A stretch of DNA of 64,000 nt, taken from assembly GCF_011386835.1 (NCBI RefSeq), contig NC_088802.1:1488001-1552000 (forward strand). The letters are read 5' to 3'. Below the pieces are notes generated by a model. The model did not search any database. It was not told where the DNA came from and saw only the letters and a program-made list of their open reading frames with translations. This DNA comes from Chrysemys picta bellii. Taxonomy: Eukaryota. Both the position numbers and the translations under genes were made by a program. Positions 12,001-29,242 of this stretch are shown here, piece by piece. Each line of letters opens with the position of its first letter. The stretch's first letter is position 1.

Positions 12001-14884
12001 ATAATAGTATATATTCTTCAGTTTAGTGTGTAAACACACACACACACACACAATAATATATATTTTATATATATATAAAAATGAAATATTCAAACAATAG
12101 CTCTCATATTAGCATATGCCATTCCGTATAAGAATGGCAGTAATGAATGAGCAGTCTCTGTAACACCACCCCCTAGCGTACCCCTGGGGTTCTGTTTACT
12201 AGGGCACCATTCACTAGCGTTGCACCGAATAGCTAGTCCAGCGCAATGTGACACTGGCTCGTTCACGTGGCCGCTAGCAGTGGTGGTCACTAGGCCGTGT
12301 AAACGGAAGCGAAGTGACGCCCCCTGAGCACGCGGACACGACGCGATTTTACCTGGGCGAAAGGAGCGGTTGGAAACAGCCAGACGGGCCTTTCCCGGCC
12401 GCCATGACCCTGCCCCCCCATCCCATCCCCAGCATCTGCATTTCGAGGTCTCTGCGTTTCTGTCCCAAAGCCGGGGGACAGGGGAGCTTGAGCCGTCACG
12501 GACCTGCAGGCCCATTAGCGCATCGAATCTGACCTGCTTTATGGCCCAGGCCTGAGAACGTCCCCCGCTGCCCTGCCCCACACAGACACACACGGCCCCC
12601 AATACATCGCCAGCTCCTTGGGCACAGGGCTGGCTGCGAGCAGGCGCGGGGGATTTCGCAGCCAGGAACTCGCCTGGGAAACAGGACTTGGTGCCATTTC
12701 TTCTCCTGAAGCCACCCAAGGACTGGCCACTGCTGGGCCTCCTCCACACACACACTGGCGAAAGGCCCCTTTATCCTGGGACAAGGGCCCCACCCTCGGG
12801 ACTGTCCCAGGAGAGCAGAACCGGGAGGCCACGTGAGGACAAGGCCAGTGTTTACCCGCTGGACACAATCCTTCGCCAGCGAGGTGCCACTCCCCCCCCA
12901 GACCGTGGTGCCAGCGTCCGTCACCCACCTGGGACCTCCTCAAAACCCAGAACCCCAGAAACGCCCAACGAGCTACCTCACAACCCTCCTGCTTTGCCAC
13001 AGTGCCTGCCGGTGCCCACTGCTGCCTTATGCCACCCGCCCAGGTGTTCCCAGGATCGCCCTCGTCTGAGCAGCCGGGAAAGGCACCCAGGTGCTCAGCG
13101 CATGGCCAGCGGCCCGGCTACAGGGGCGCAGGATCAGCCCGGACGTCCCGGGTTTCGGGCCCTCGAGGTGGCAGCTCTCAACATCCAACAGGGCGGGGGG
13201 GAGGGCAGGGGTACCATGACCCAGCATTAGACCCGCACTATAACAACTGAAGGAGGGCTGGCTCCCGCGACCCCCGGACTCACTCACTGGCCAAGTCACT
13301 CCTCAGTGCCTCGGTTTCCCCACCTGGACACTGGGGAGAATGAGCCCCACCTGTGTTATAAGGCGCTTGGAGCTGTACAAAGGAGGTTGGCTTCTTAATC
13401 CCTATTGCACAGATGGGGAAACAGAGGCATGGGGCGGGGAAAGGAACTTGGCCAAGGTCACCCAGCACAGCAGTGGCAGAGCTGGGGATGGAACCCAGGA
13501 GTCCTGGCACACTGGCCACTCCACTCCCCCTTAATTAAACAGCACTAATTACGCCCCCCCCTCGCTGCCCCTGGCGCCCGTTACCTGGCGTTTGTTCTCC
13601 CCTCCCTTGCCCGCCTTGGCACCGGCTCCCTCTGCCCATTAATTAACCTCGGTTCCTTCATTGCCATTAATTCCCTCTTGCCTCCCCGTGCAATTAAATT
13701 CCCACCCGGCAATTCCTTCATTTGCATTCACTAATGGGCAATAATCGCAGGCGGGCGCACGGGCATCCCCCGCCCTGTCGCTACTGGGCACCGATTTCCC
13801 CCCCCCCGACTAATGAACGGCACCAGTTATCCCCCCCTGCAGCCTTTGAATTCTTTATTAATCCGCCCCCCCGCAGCCTTTGAATTCTTTATTAATCCGC
13901 CCCCACTCTTCCCCAAGTCCCCCCGCATCCTGCCCCCCCAGTTCCTGTTGTTTTCCTGTTGTTCCCGATTCTGACTGTCCCGGCGGCATCCGGACCTCGG
14001 GGAGGGGTTCCGGGGCGGGGGCGCTGAGCGTGGGAATCAGTCGGGGGGGGGGGGAAACGATCACCCCCACTACACATGCGGTGCCAGCCAGGTGTACACA
14101 CACACACACACACGGTGCCCACCAGGTACACACAGACACACACACACGGTACCAGCCGGGGACACACACACACACACAGTGCCAGCCGGGTGTACACACA
14201 CACACAAACACACACGGTGCCAGCCAGGTACACACACAGAGACACACACAGTGCCAGCCAGGTGTACACACACACAGACATACACACGATGCCAGCCAGG
14301 TGTACACACACACACATAGTGCCAGCCGGGTACACACAGACACACACACACAGTGCCAGCCGGGTGTACACACACACAGACACACACACGATGCCAGCCA
14401 GGTGTACACACACACACGGTGCCAGCCGGGTGTACACACACAGAGACACACACAGTGCCAGCCAGGTGTACACACACACAGACACACACACGATGCCAGC
14501 CAGGTGTACACACACACATAGTGCCAGCCGGGTACACACAGACACAGACACACACACAGTGCCAGCCGGGTGTACACACACATAGACACTGACACACAGT
14601 GCCTGCCGGGTACACACACAGACACACACACAGTGCCAGCCGGGTACACACAGACACAGAACCACACACACGGTGCCAGCGGGGTACACACAGACACACA
14701 CACACGGTGCCAGCCGCGTACACACACACACACACGGTGCCAGCCATGCCCACCCCCAGGCAGCAGGTGCCCAGATAAGTCAGGGGGCTCCCGGGGGGGC
14801 CTCCCACTCCCCAGCCTGCTCCCCCCCGGGTTCCCCCCCCGTACCTCGGGCCAGCGGCAGCAGCAGCAGCAGCAGCGGCCCCAT
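1..14884 (-). CDS. NOTCH4: NOTCH4 receptor, copy 1; coding exons 1-20, continues beyond the left edge of the window
   Basis: Minus-strand exons with GT/AG ends and continuous phase: 14884-14845 (signal peptide [14 protein letters not shown]), 11022-10947, 10832-10564, 10081-9743, 8105-7983, 7493-7257, 7078-6923, 6270-5971, 5491-5293, 5217-5072, 4379-4227, 3941-3853, 3472-3319, 3106-2922, 2815-2677, 2535-2423, 2096-1675, 1336-962, 573-410, 179-<1. They encode 24 EGF repeats, 3 LNR repeats ([26 protein letters not shown]), the HD domain, a TM segment [24 protein letters not shown] and the RAM motif LWLPTGF. The LNR and TM sequences match recalled human NOTCH4. Confidence 0.93.
2130..2412. repeat. 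Intronic minisatellite, core GAAAGGACCCAGGCGTCCGG
   Basis: About 8 imperfect ~35 bp units in the NOTCH4 intron between exons 16 and 17. Confidence 0.8.
3545..3852 (-). repeat. Tandem repeat of the NOTCH4 exon 12 3' end plus splice donor
   Basis: ~65 bp units carrying GGGGAGCGCTGCCAG|GTGAGGGG (minus strand) near 3655, 3720 and 3788, plus a donor-dead copy near 3588. Confidence 0.85.
4430..5050 (-). repeat. Dispersed minisatellite family CCCCTCACTCCCGACCCGCAGCCCC (reverse orientation)
   Basis: Repeated GGGGCTGCGGGTCGGGAGTGAGGGGC units; the same family occurs at 20180, 29860, 41915 and 62120. Confidence 0.9.
5640..5960. repeat. Intronic minisatellite GTCCATGCCCAGCCCC...CAGCCCCCCAGATCCC
   Basis: About 6 imperfect units between NOTCH4 exons 8 and 9. 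Confidence 0.8.
6315..6560. repeat. Intronic minisatellite CACGATGAACACGCCTGGACA
   Basis: About 5-6 units between NOTCH4 exons 7 and 8. Confidence 0.75.
7515..7930 (+). repeat. Tandem array of tRNA-SINE-head-like units
   Basis: Units CTAGTGGTTAGAGCAGGGGGG-CTGGGAGCCAGAACTCCTGGGTTCTCTCCC-GCTCTGGGAGGGGAGTGG resemble pol III A-box and B-box segments. Confidence 0.6.
8501..9470 (+). mobile_element. Solo LTR-like element in NOTCH4 intron 4, antisense to the gene
   Basis: Low-GC ~1 kb block with TATAAAA (8841), AATAAA (9108) and a terminal ...GTCACA (9470). The left boundary is approximate and no TSD was identified. Confidence 0.6.
10100..10550 (-). repeat. Tandem SINE-head-like array in NOTCH4 intron 3
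   Basis: Reverse complement of the 7515-7930 unit (GGGAGAGAACCCAGGAGTCCTGGCTCCC). It is much shorter in copy 2 (52310-52450). Confidence 0.7.
13279..13510. mobile_element. Two oppositely oriented MIR/CORE-SINE fragments
   Basis: GCCTCGGTTTCCCCACCTG (plus) followed by CAGATGGGGAAACAGAGGCA...CTTGGCCAAGGTCACCCAGC...GGCAGAGCTGGG (minus-oriented core). Also present at 55129-55350. Confidence 0.65.
14080..14746. repeat. Compound (CA)n minisatellite GTGCCAGCCGGGTGTACACACACACAGACAC
   Basis: About 18 units just downstream of NOTCH4 exon 1 (intron 1). Confidence 0.95.
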
Positions 14885-15184
14885 CGCTGAGCACGGAGCC
14901 CCCCAGCCCCGAGCCCGGCCCCCGCCCGGCCATTGTCCAGAGCTTCCTGACCCACAATGCAGGGAGGGACCCGGACCCGCCCCCTTCCTGCCCCCCAGTC
15001 CGGGAGCACCCTGCCCCCGCACGGACCCCTCCGCAGAGCGACCGGCGGGGCCAGAGCCGGCCGGGCTGCCCCCGTGCCCCAGGGCGGCGCTAGGGGTGGG
15101 GTCACCTGCCCAGACTGGGGCACTGCTGGGTTTGGGGGTCACCCCCCACAGGACATGAGCCAGGCGGTTCAGACACCTCTCGCT

Positions 15185-15195
15185 TTTATTTATAG
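15185..15195 (-). terminator. Putative ATF6B poly(A) signal overlapping a TATA-like box upstream of NOTCH4
   Basis: The minus strand reads TATAAATAAAAG: AATAAA at 15190-15185, about 690 nt after the ATF6B stop, and TATAAATA about 300 nt before the NOTCH4 ATG. Confidence 0.55.
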
Positions 15196-15439
15196 ATGTA
15201 AAAAAGCCCCCGGGGCAGGATCCGGCTGGGGGGATCCACAAAAGGGGGGGCCCTGTGGAGGGGAGCCCCCCCGGTCCCTCATCATGCCCCCCCAGTCTAT
15301 AAATATCCACAGGGGAAGATAGTGCAGTACGGGGGTGGGGGGCAGGATCACCCCACGGGAATGGGGGCCAGGTCCTAGCACGGGGGGGGGGGTCACCCCA
15401 AGGAAGGGGGGGTCCAAGCGCTGTCCCCCAGCCCGCCTA

Positions 15440-15875
15440 GGCTGGGGGCGGGGCTAAGTGCTGCCTCATGTGGGAGGGGTGGTCACTAAGGGGCAGGGCC
15501 AGCCCTCACCCATGGGGAAGGGGCAGTGACTGAAGGGGCGGGGCTAGGCTCATCGGGGAGGAGGGGCTCTCTGAAAGGGGCGGGGTTAGTGCTGCTCAGG
15601 TGGGAGGAGCTATCCACAATGGGGCAGGATGAGCCTCAACATAAGCGGGGCTGTACCAATAGGGGCGGGGCTAGCCACATAGGGGCAGGGCTAGCCACAT
15701 AGGGGCGGGGCCATTGCCAAAATGGCATATCAGGGGGCAAGGCGAGGCCCAGGTGGGCATGTCTGTCACCAAGGGGCATGTCTAGCCCCGGGCGGGCGTG
15801 GCTCTTGCCAAGGGGCGGGGCCAGCCCCGAGTGGGCGTGGCTATCTTGAGTGGGCGTGGCTTTGCCGAGGGGCGT
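15440..15875. promoter_or_regulatory. GC-box (Sp/KLF) and CCAAT array in the ATF6B 3' UTR, candidate NOTCH4 upstream promoter
   Basis: Multiple GGGGCGGGGC and GGGCGTGGC motifs, CCAAT at about 15656. Confidence 0.45.
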
Positions 15876-15877
15876 AG

Positions 15878-23379
<7,502 letters not shown>

Positions 23380-23900
23380 CTTCCCCCGGCCCCGCCCCCT
23401 CCGGCTGCCATGACAACCGCCCCACCCAATCACAGCGCCGAGTCAGCCCGCGCCAGCCAATCACAGCGCGCGGGAGGCGGGGCCCGAGCGAGATCAGCCA
23501 ACGGGGAAGCGACTTCCGCTCCGATCTTCGGGAATGGGCGTGGCCGCGGCAGCATGGCGAGAGCGGCGCACGCGCGGAACGGGGATACTGGGGCGGCGCG
23601 CAGCACGGCGCATGCTCACAGGGCGGGAGCCTCTCCCTGCGCCTGCCTGAGTTATAGGAGCCTGAGACGCGTCTGCGTGAGTTTGGAGACAGCGACGCGC
23701 ATGCGCGAAGCGGGGTGGCCATGCGGCGTGTGGACAGCACTCCAAAGAGCGCATGCGTAGCTTTGAGACCCCTCCCCCAACTGCCCCCCCGCCAAGTGAG
23801 TGCTACGCGTGCGCAGCGACGCACTGCCTCCTGGGACGTGTAGTTCCGGTCCCCCTTAAAGGGCCAGTAGCGACTCATGCTCCAGGCCGGCTCCCAGAGG
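23380..23900 (-). promoter_or_regulatory. ATF6B CpG-island promoter
   Basis: YY1-type CCGCCATCTT over the ATG, CCAAT boxes (about 23426 and 23457), ETS cores (GACTTCCG, GTTCCGG) and NRF1-type GCGCATGCG (about 23697 and 23749). Confidence 0.75.
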
Positions 23901-24419
23901 GACTCAGCCACCCCCCACCTATAGGCCAGAGCCGGTGGGTGAGGTCACATCCTTCTGTGATGTCATCAACATTCCGTATGCTGACATCACCACCCTCCCT
24001 CTGTGACATCACACTATGCCAACAGCACAAGCAGTGATGTCATAAGGCTGCATGACATCATCAGCTCACCCCCCTCGAGGGAACATGCCCCTGCCCCATT
24101 CCCCGCCCCCCTGAGCCAGCCAATCCCTGCCCTGGGGCCGGATGGGAACCGACACCCCTATATGGGACAGGCCCCTGCCCCGCTGAGCCAGCCAGTCCCT
24201 GCCCTGGGGCCAGATAGGAACCGACGCCCCCTAGATGGGACAGGCCCCTGCCCCATTCCCCATCCCCCTGAGCCAGCCAGTCCCTGCCCTGGGGCCGGGT
24301 GGGAACCGATGCCCCCTAGAGGGGACAGGTCCCATGCCCCATTTCCCACCCCCCTGAGCCAGCCAGTCCCCCAGCAGCTCCAATCCAACAAGAACCCCTC
24401 ACTTGGCGCTTTTGCACAG

Positions 24420-26340
24420 TGGCCTCTGAAACCTATTTATTCTGAATTCCTTTTTGGGGTACAGTGGGGTCGGGGGGGGGGGGTCGGTGTCTCGGGTCCG
24501 TCCGCTGCCCACGACTCTGGGAGTTGCCAGATGAACCGTCATTCGCCCCTCGCCAACCCCACTGTGAGCCTCAGGAGGGCCGTCCCGGTGCCCCCCGTTC
24601 TGCTGGGACCTGGGGAGTGCGCCCCGGGGGGACAGAGTCCAACGGAGCCACCACTGGCCGAGGGGTTACATCTTTCTTGTCACCTATGGGGGGAAGAAAG
24701 AGGGGTACCTAGAGAGTTACTTGGGGTGTTAACAGGCACCCCCAAAATCCACTGTACTCCCAACATTGTCCCTGACAGTCTCCCAGTGGGATGTGCTCTC
24801 CCAATATATTGGGGGGGGGGCAGAAATCACTGATATATTGTGGGGTGTGCTAGGAGGTAGCACCTTGAAGCAGTGAAAGTTTTGGGGTGCACACAAAGAG
24901 CAGAACAGAGGAGTTTCAGGATGGTAGAACGGAGGTGATTTCCAGATATGGCAGGATATGAGGGACCTAGAGAGATTGCATTTTGCAAAGATGTGGAGTG
25001 ATTTTGGGGTGCAGAATTGGGAACACCGGAGATTAGGAGGCATTTTGTGGTGCAGGGAGACCAAAAAATCAGGGTACACAAGAGTGGGAAACCCTAACAA
25101 AGATCTGGATGGTGTAGGTCAGTTTGAGGGTTTGGAACAAGAGACTCCCCCAAATGATGGAAAGATTTGGGGATACAGAATAGATGCAGAACAGGTCAGT
25201 GGGCCCCAGAAAGATGTTAAAGGATTCTGGGGTACAGCTTCAGTTTTGAGGTGTAGAAGACGGAGAATCTCTACAAAGAGATCTGAAATTTGGGGGGAGG
25301 GGGGTAGAATCAGGAAGACACTTTATGAATATAGAGAATTTTGGAGGTTCGGAAAAGGGGGAATCTCTACCCATAGATAGGAGACTTTGGGGGTGGACAA
25401 AGGGGCCCTCACAAAATCAGGGAGGGATTGGGAACAAAATGGGTGAAAACTGGGGTGCAGGACAAGGTGAAGGCCAAATTAGGGGTACAGAACAGCTACA
25501 TATTGGAAGGGTAAATCAGGGAGTTTTGGGGGTGAGCTGTAGGGAGGTGGGGGAGTTTGGGGTCCAGCCAGTGGGGTGCACTCTCTTGTTTAGGTAGGGG
25601 TGGCTACATAAAGGGGTGCCCTGTGAGAGTATTATGGGTGAACTGGGGTGCTGGAAAAGGGGGTTCAGCATTAGAATGGGGGAGTTTGGGGTGCTGATAA
25701 TGGTGTGATCCAGTGAGGGAATTCAGGACCATTTGGGGGCATGAACTGGGGACCCCAAGAGTTGGGGTGTAGCGACAAGAGGGCACAGGAGTTAGGGGGT
25801 ACAGGAGTAGAGGGGCAGCTTCCTGGGGACGGAGGAGGGGATTTTAGGGTGCAGAACTAGGGATCCTTCGAGGGCAGACTAGGAAGCTTTGGGGTGCAGT
25901 TCACAGGGGTGGGGCACCCCACAGGGACTCAGATTGCTTCCAAGGGGGCTGCGTGGGGAGAGGGGCCCACCAGCAAAGAAAGGGTGTGCACTTACCTAGG
26001 TCCTTGCGCCGGCTGGGGGGCAGGGGCGCCCCAGGGTCGTCCCTACGCAGAGCCGAGGCGATTTGCCGCCCCACATAGCGGCAAGCTGCTGGGAGAGAGA
26101 CGGGGGCTCATTGAGGGCGATCTGGGGGCACAGTGCACCCCCTTTTCCATCCCCCCGGATCCCTACTCGCCAGCACCCCCCAGACCCTGCCTAGTGCCCC
26201 CCGGGCCCCCCTTCCCACCATCCCCCCTCTGTCCCGGGGCCCCCGAGCCCCCCACTCACCCCCAATGACCAGTCAGACCATGCCGGATCCAGCTGGGCGC
26301 TGACGTAAGCGGCATGGAAATAAAGCGGGAGGGGGAGGGG
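24420..26340 (-). ncRNA. Candidate unannotated 3-exon transcript (lncRNA or micro-ORF)
   Basis: Exon A ends at 26260 (GTGAGT); exon B 26088-25996 (pyrimidine tract-AG, GTAAGT donor); exon C starts at 24683 (CTTTCTTCCCCCCATAG) with AATAAA at 24441-24436. No expression evidence is available. Confidence 0.4.
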
Positions 26341-26349
26341 GGAGGGAGA

Positions 26350-26373
26350 GCAGGGGATTCTGGGAAATGTAGT
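26350..26373 (-). promoter_or_regulatory. ZNF143/Staf site with ACTACA submotif
   Basis: Minus strand ACTACATTTCCCAGAATCCCCTGC; TTACGTCA (CRE-like) lies nearby at 26301-26308. Confidence 0.65.
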
Positions 26374-27319
26374 CTTCAACGCTGCCCCCTCTGCTAGCCT
26401 ACCCCCCCGCCCGGACGCCTGGGTTCATAACCCCTCCCCCCCCCCGCGAGTGTGGATCAAGGGGTGAACTAATGAACACTTAACCCTGTCTCTCCTGGAT
26501 GCCTGGGTTCACACCCATCCCTCGCCCTGAATTAGGGGGTACAGAGCCCCCCAAAAAACTCCATCTTCCCTGGACACCTGGGTTCACACTCCTGAATTAG
26601 GGGTACGGTCTCCCCTCCCTTTACCCCATCTTTCCCTGGCCCCCGGGGGGGTTCCCACTCCTGCTTCCCCTCCCCCTGGTCCCGCACAGGTGGGGTACGA
26701 TCTACCCCCCAACCCCAGCACCCAAGGACCCACCCTCCCTATCCCCCCATTCCTGCCCTCCCCCACCCCTGCATCCCCCCCTCTTCCCCATCCCCCCCAA
26801 CAGCCCCTTCTGCCCCATCCACATCTGCACCCCCTTTGCCCCCCTCAATCTTGGGGTGCGTCCCCGATCTCCCCAGCTGCAACCCAGCCCCCCCCATGCG
26901 GGGTCAGCCACCGGCAGCCATCTTGTTTGGCCAACCCCAGTGCCCAGGGGCAGAGGGATTTGGGGGGGAGACCCCCCCCCAGCGCCCCCAATCGTTTGCT
27001 GCTTCTTAACACACTGATGGAGCCCGGGGTCCCAGCCCCCTTTCCCTTGTGGGGGGCAGGGAGGGTCTGGGCCTGGCCCCTCCCCACACGGCTCAGCCTG
27101 GCTAATCGAGGCAGGCTGCGGCCTAGCGGGGCCGCCCCCAGGAAGTGATGCAAAGACAAGGGGGGGCGGCGGGGGGAGGCCCGAGGAGCGGGGCCAGAGC
27201 GCAGCTGGATCCCCCCAGTCTGCGCCCCCCGCCTGGGGTGAGGGGGGGGCCAAGGGGGCACAGCTGGGTGGGGAGGAGCGAGGGAGCAGGGCAGAGACAG
27301 ACAGCACAGCCGGAGCGGG

Positions 27320-27975
27320 GGAGGGAGCCAGGACTCCTGGGTTCTCTGTGTGGGGGCTGGGAGCCAGGACGCCTGGGTTCTCTTGAGGGGGGAGGGCTTG
27401 GAGCCAGGACTTCTGGGTTTTCTCGAGGGGAGGGGCTAGGAGCCCAGATGCCTGGATTCTTGGGGCGGGGGGCGGTCTAGCAGATTAGGGGAGGGGGCTG
27501 GGAGCCAGAACACCTGGGTTCTCCGGCTGGGGGTCTAGTGGTTTACTGGGGGGGGGCTGGGAACCAGGACTCCTGGGTTCTCTTGAGGGGGGAGGGCTTG
27601 GAGCCAGGACTCCTGGGTTCTTTTAGGGGGGATCTACTGGGTTTGAGGGGGGGCTGGGAGCCCAGATGCCTGGGTTGTCGTGGGGGATGGGGGGGTGTCT
27701 AGCAGATTAGGGGAGGGGGCTGGGAGCCAGGATGCCTGAGTTTTCTTGGGCGGGGGGGATGGGAGCCGGTCTCCTGGGTTCTTTGGGGGGAGTGGTCTAG
27801 TGGATTAGTGGGGGGACTGGGAGACAGGACGCCCAGGTTCTCTTGAGGGGGGAGGGCTGGGAGCCAGGACTCCTGGGTTCTCTTGGGGGCGGCTGGGAGC
27901 CAGAACACCTGGGTTCTTGGGGTGGGGGTCTAGTGGTTTACTGGGGGGGCTGGGAGCCAGGACTCCTGGGTTCTT
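27320..27975 (+). repeat. Tandem SINE-head-like array, probably in the FKBPL 5' UTR intron
   Basis: Repeated GGCTGGGAGCCAGGACTCCTGGGTTCTC and TCTAGTGG units. Confidence 0.7.
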
Positions 27976-28102
27976 TCTGACCCGTTTCCCCTGCCCTCTG
28001 GTTCACAGGAGCTGCCCGTCCCTGAACCCCCCAACCCTGCCTGGTTTCACCTCTTGGGGGTGCCGAGCCAGACCCCCGCACTCCCCGCTTGGCCAAGGGC
28101 AG

Positions 28103-29023
28103 ATGGAGGCAGCGGCAGTAGCCAATGGGAAGGCAGAGGGCAGCGGAGCAGCCAATGGGATGAGTGGTGCCAGCAGAGGCGCTGAACCCCAGGGCGCGGG
28201 GCCAGAAGAGGACCAGAGAGAGAACCTGCAGGCGCCCAGTCAGCCAGCGGACGCCTGGGTGGCACCGGACGGCGCCTTCGCCAAGCAGATCCTGCAGCCG
28301 GGCGCGGGACTGGACAAGCCGACGCTGGGCGCCCTGTGCCAGGTCTTCCTGGAGGCGCCGCCGGGGGCGCCCCTGGGGTACCCAGCCAACCGCTGGGCCC
28401 AGCTGGAGTTGGGGGAGGGGGACGGCGCCTGGGACGGCCTGGTGGACGCTTGCCTGGAAACCATGGGGCCGGGGGAGCGGGCCGAGCTGCGGGGCCCGGA
28501 CGGGGCCGTCCTGGGGCTGCACCTGGCCTCCTTCGCCCCGGCCCCGGAGCCCTGGCAGCTGGACCCAGCGGAGAAGTGGGCGCTGGCCCTGCGGCACAAG
28601 GAGCGCGGCTCGGAGCGCTACCGGGCTGGCGAGGTGGGGGCGGCCGCCCGGCGCTATGCCCGGGCCCTGCAGCTGGCCATCGCCGCCGGCCCGGCGCCCC
28701 TGGACCCAGAACACGCCCGCCTTCGGGCCGACCTGCACGCCAACCTGGCCGCCTGCCAGCTGCGGCTCACCCAGCCAGCCCATGCCGCCTGCAACTGCAC
28801 CAAGGCGCTGGCGCTGTGGCCCCAACACGCCAAGGCCCGGTACCGCCGCGGCCTGGCCCGCGCCGCCATGAACGACCTGGAGGGGGCGGCCGAGGATTTC
28901 AGGGGGGTGCTGGTGGCTGAGCCAGGGAACACGGCCGCCCGCAGGGAGCTGGACAGGGTGGGGCAGCGGGCGCGGGAGCGGGACGCCCGCCTGGCTCGGG
29001 CCATGAGCAAGCTCTTCTCCTGA
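28103..29023 (+). CDS. FKBPL: FK506-binding protein-like (TPR co-chaperone), single coding exon, 306 aa
   Basis: Open ORF from ATG 28103 (acceptor AG at 28007-8) with a degenerate FKBP-like region, TPR motifs (LHANLAACQLRL, AKARYRRGLARAAMNDLEGAAEDFRGVLVAEPGN) and the C-terminus MSKLFS. It lies next to ATF6B and PRRT1. Confidence 0.9.
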   Translation: MEAAAVANGKAEGSGAANGMSGASRGAEPQGAGPEEDQRENLQAPSQPADAWVAPDGAFAKQILQPGAGLDKPTLGALCQVFLEAPPGAPLGYPANRWAQLELGEGDGAWDGLVDACLETMGPGERAELRGPDGAVLGLHLASFAPAPEPWQLDPAEKWALALRHKERGSERYRAGEVGAAARRYARALQLAIAAGPAPLDPEHARLRADLHANLAACQLRLTQPAHAACNCTKALALWPQHAKARYRRGLARAAMNDLEGAAEDFRGVLVAEPGNTAARRELDRVGQRARERDARLARAMSKLFS

Positions 29024-29173
29024 GCGCAGCAGGGACAGAGCCTGGACCCTGCATGTGGGATGGGGCAGGGGGCCCCCCTCTAGGGGGCGCCGGCTCCCAT
29101 CCGGCCCCAGGGCGGGGACTGGCTGGCTTGGGGGGGGAATGGGGCAGGGGCCACAATAATTGTCAGTTTCGAT

Positions 29174-29179
29174 AATAAA
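29174..29179 (+). terminator. FKBPL poly(A) signal
   Basis: AATAAA 150 nt after the stop codon. Confidence 0.7.
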
Positions 29180-29242
29180 ATTAATTTCTTAAAATACAAA
29201 GAAATCTTGTTGTTGAAACAAGAAAATCATGAAGTTGGGAGC

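Noticed and set aside
14858-14875. (CAG)6 tract
   Set aside because: It encodes the poly-Leu signal peptide on the minus strand, a known feature of NOTCH4.
13858-15123. Cys/Val- and His/Thr-rich ORFs resembling metallothionein or keratin-associated proteins
   Set aside because: They are translations of the (CA)n compound repeat in NOTCH4 intron 1.
24490-26281. Selenoprotein idea: ATG-GTC-TGA in frame with the open frame, and ATGA...AA spacing in the 3' UTR (about 24543-24500)
   Set aside because: The putative SECIS helix II pairs for only 5 bp and the required 3' GA of the quartet is absent; Sec at codon 3 with no redox motif is also implausible.
26260-26300. WSDWS (cytokine-receptor or thrombospondin-like motif) in one frame of exon A
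   Set aside because: It is an isolated 5-mer with no FN3 or TSR context, and that frame stops at the end of the next exon.
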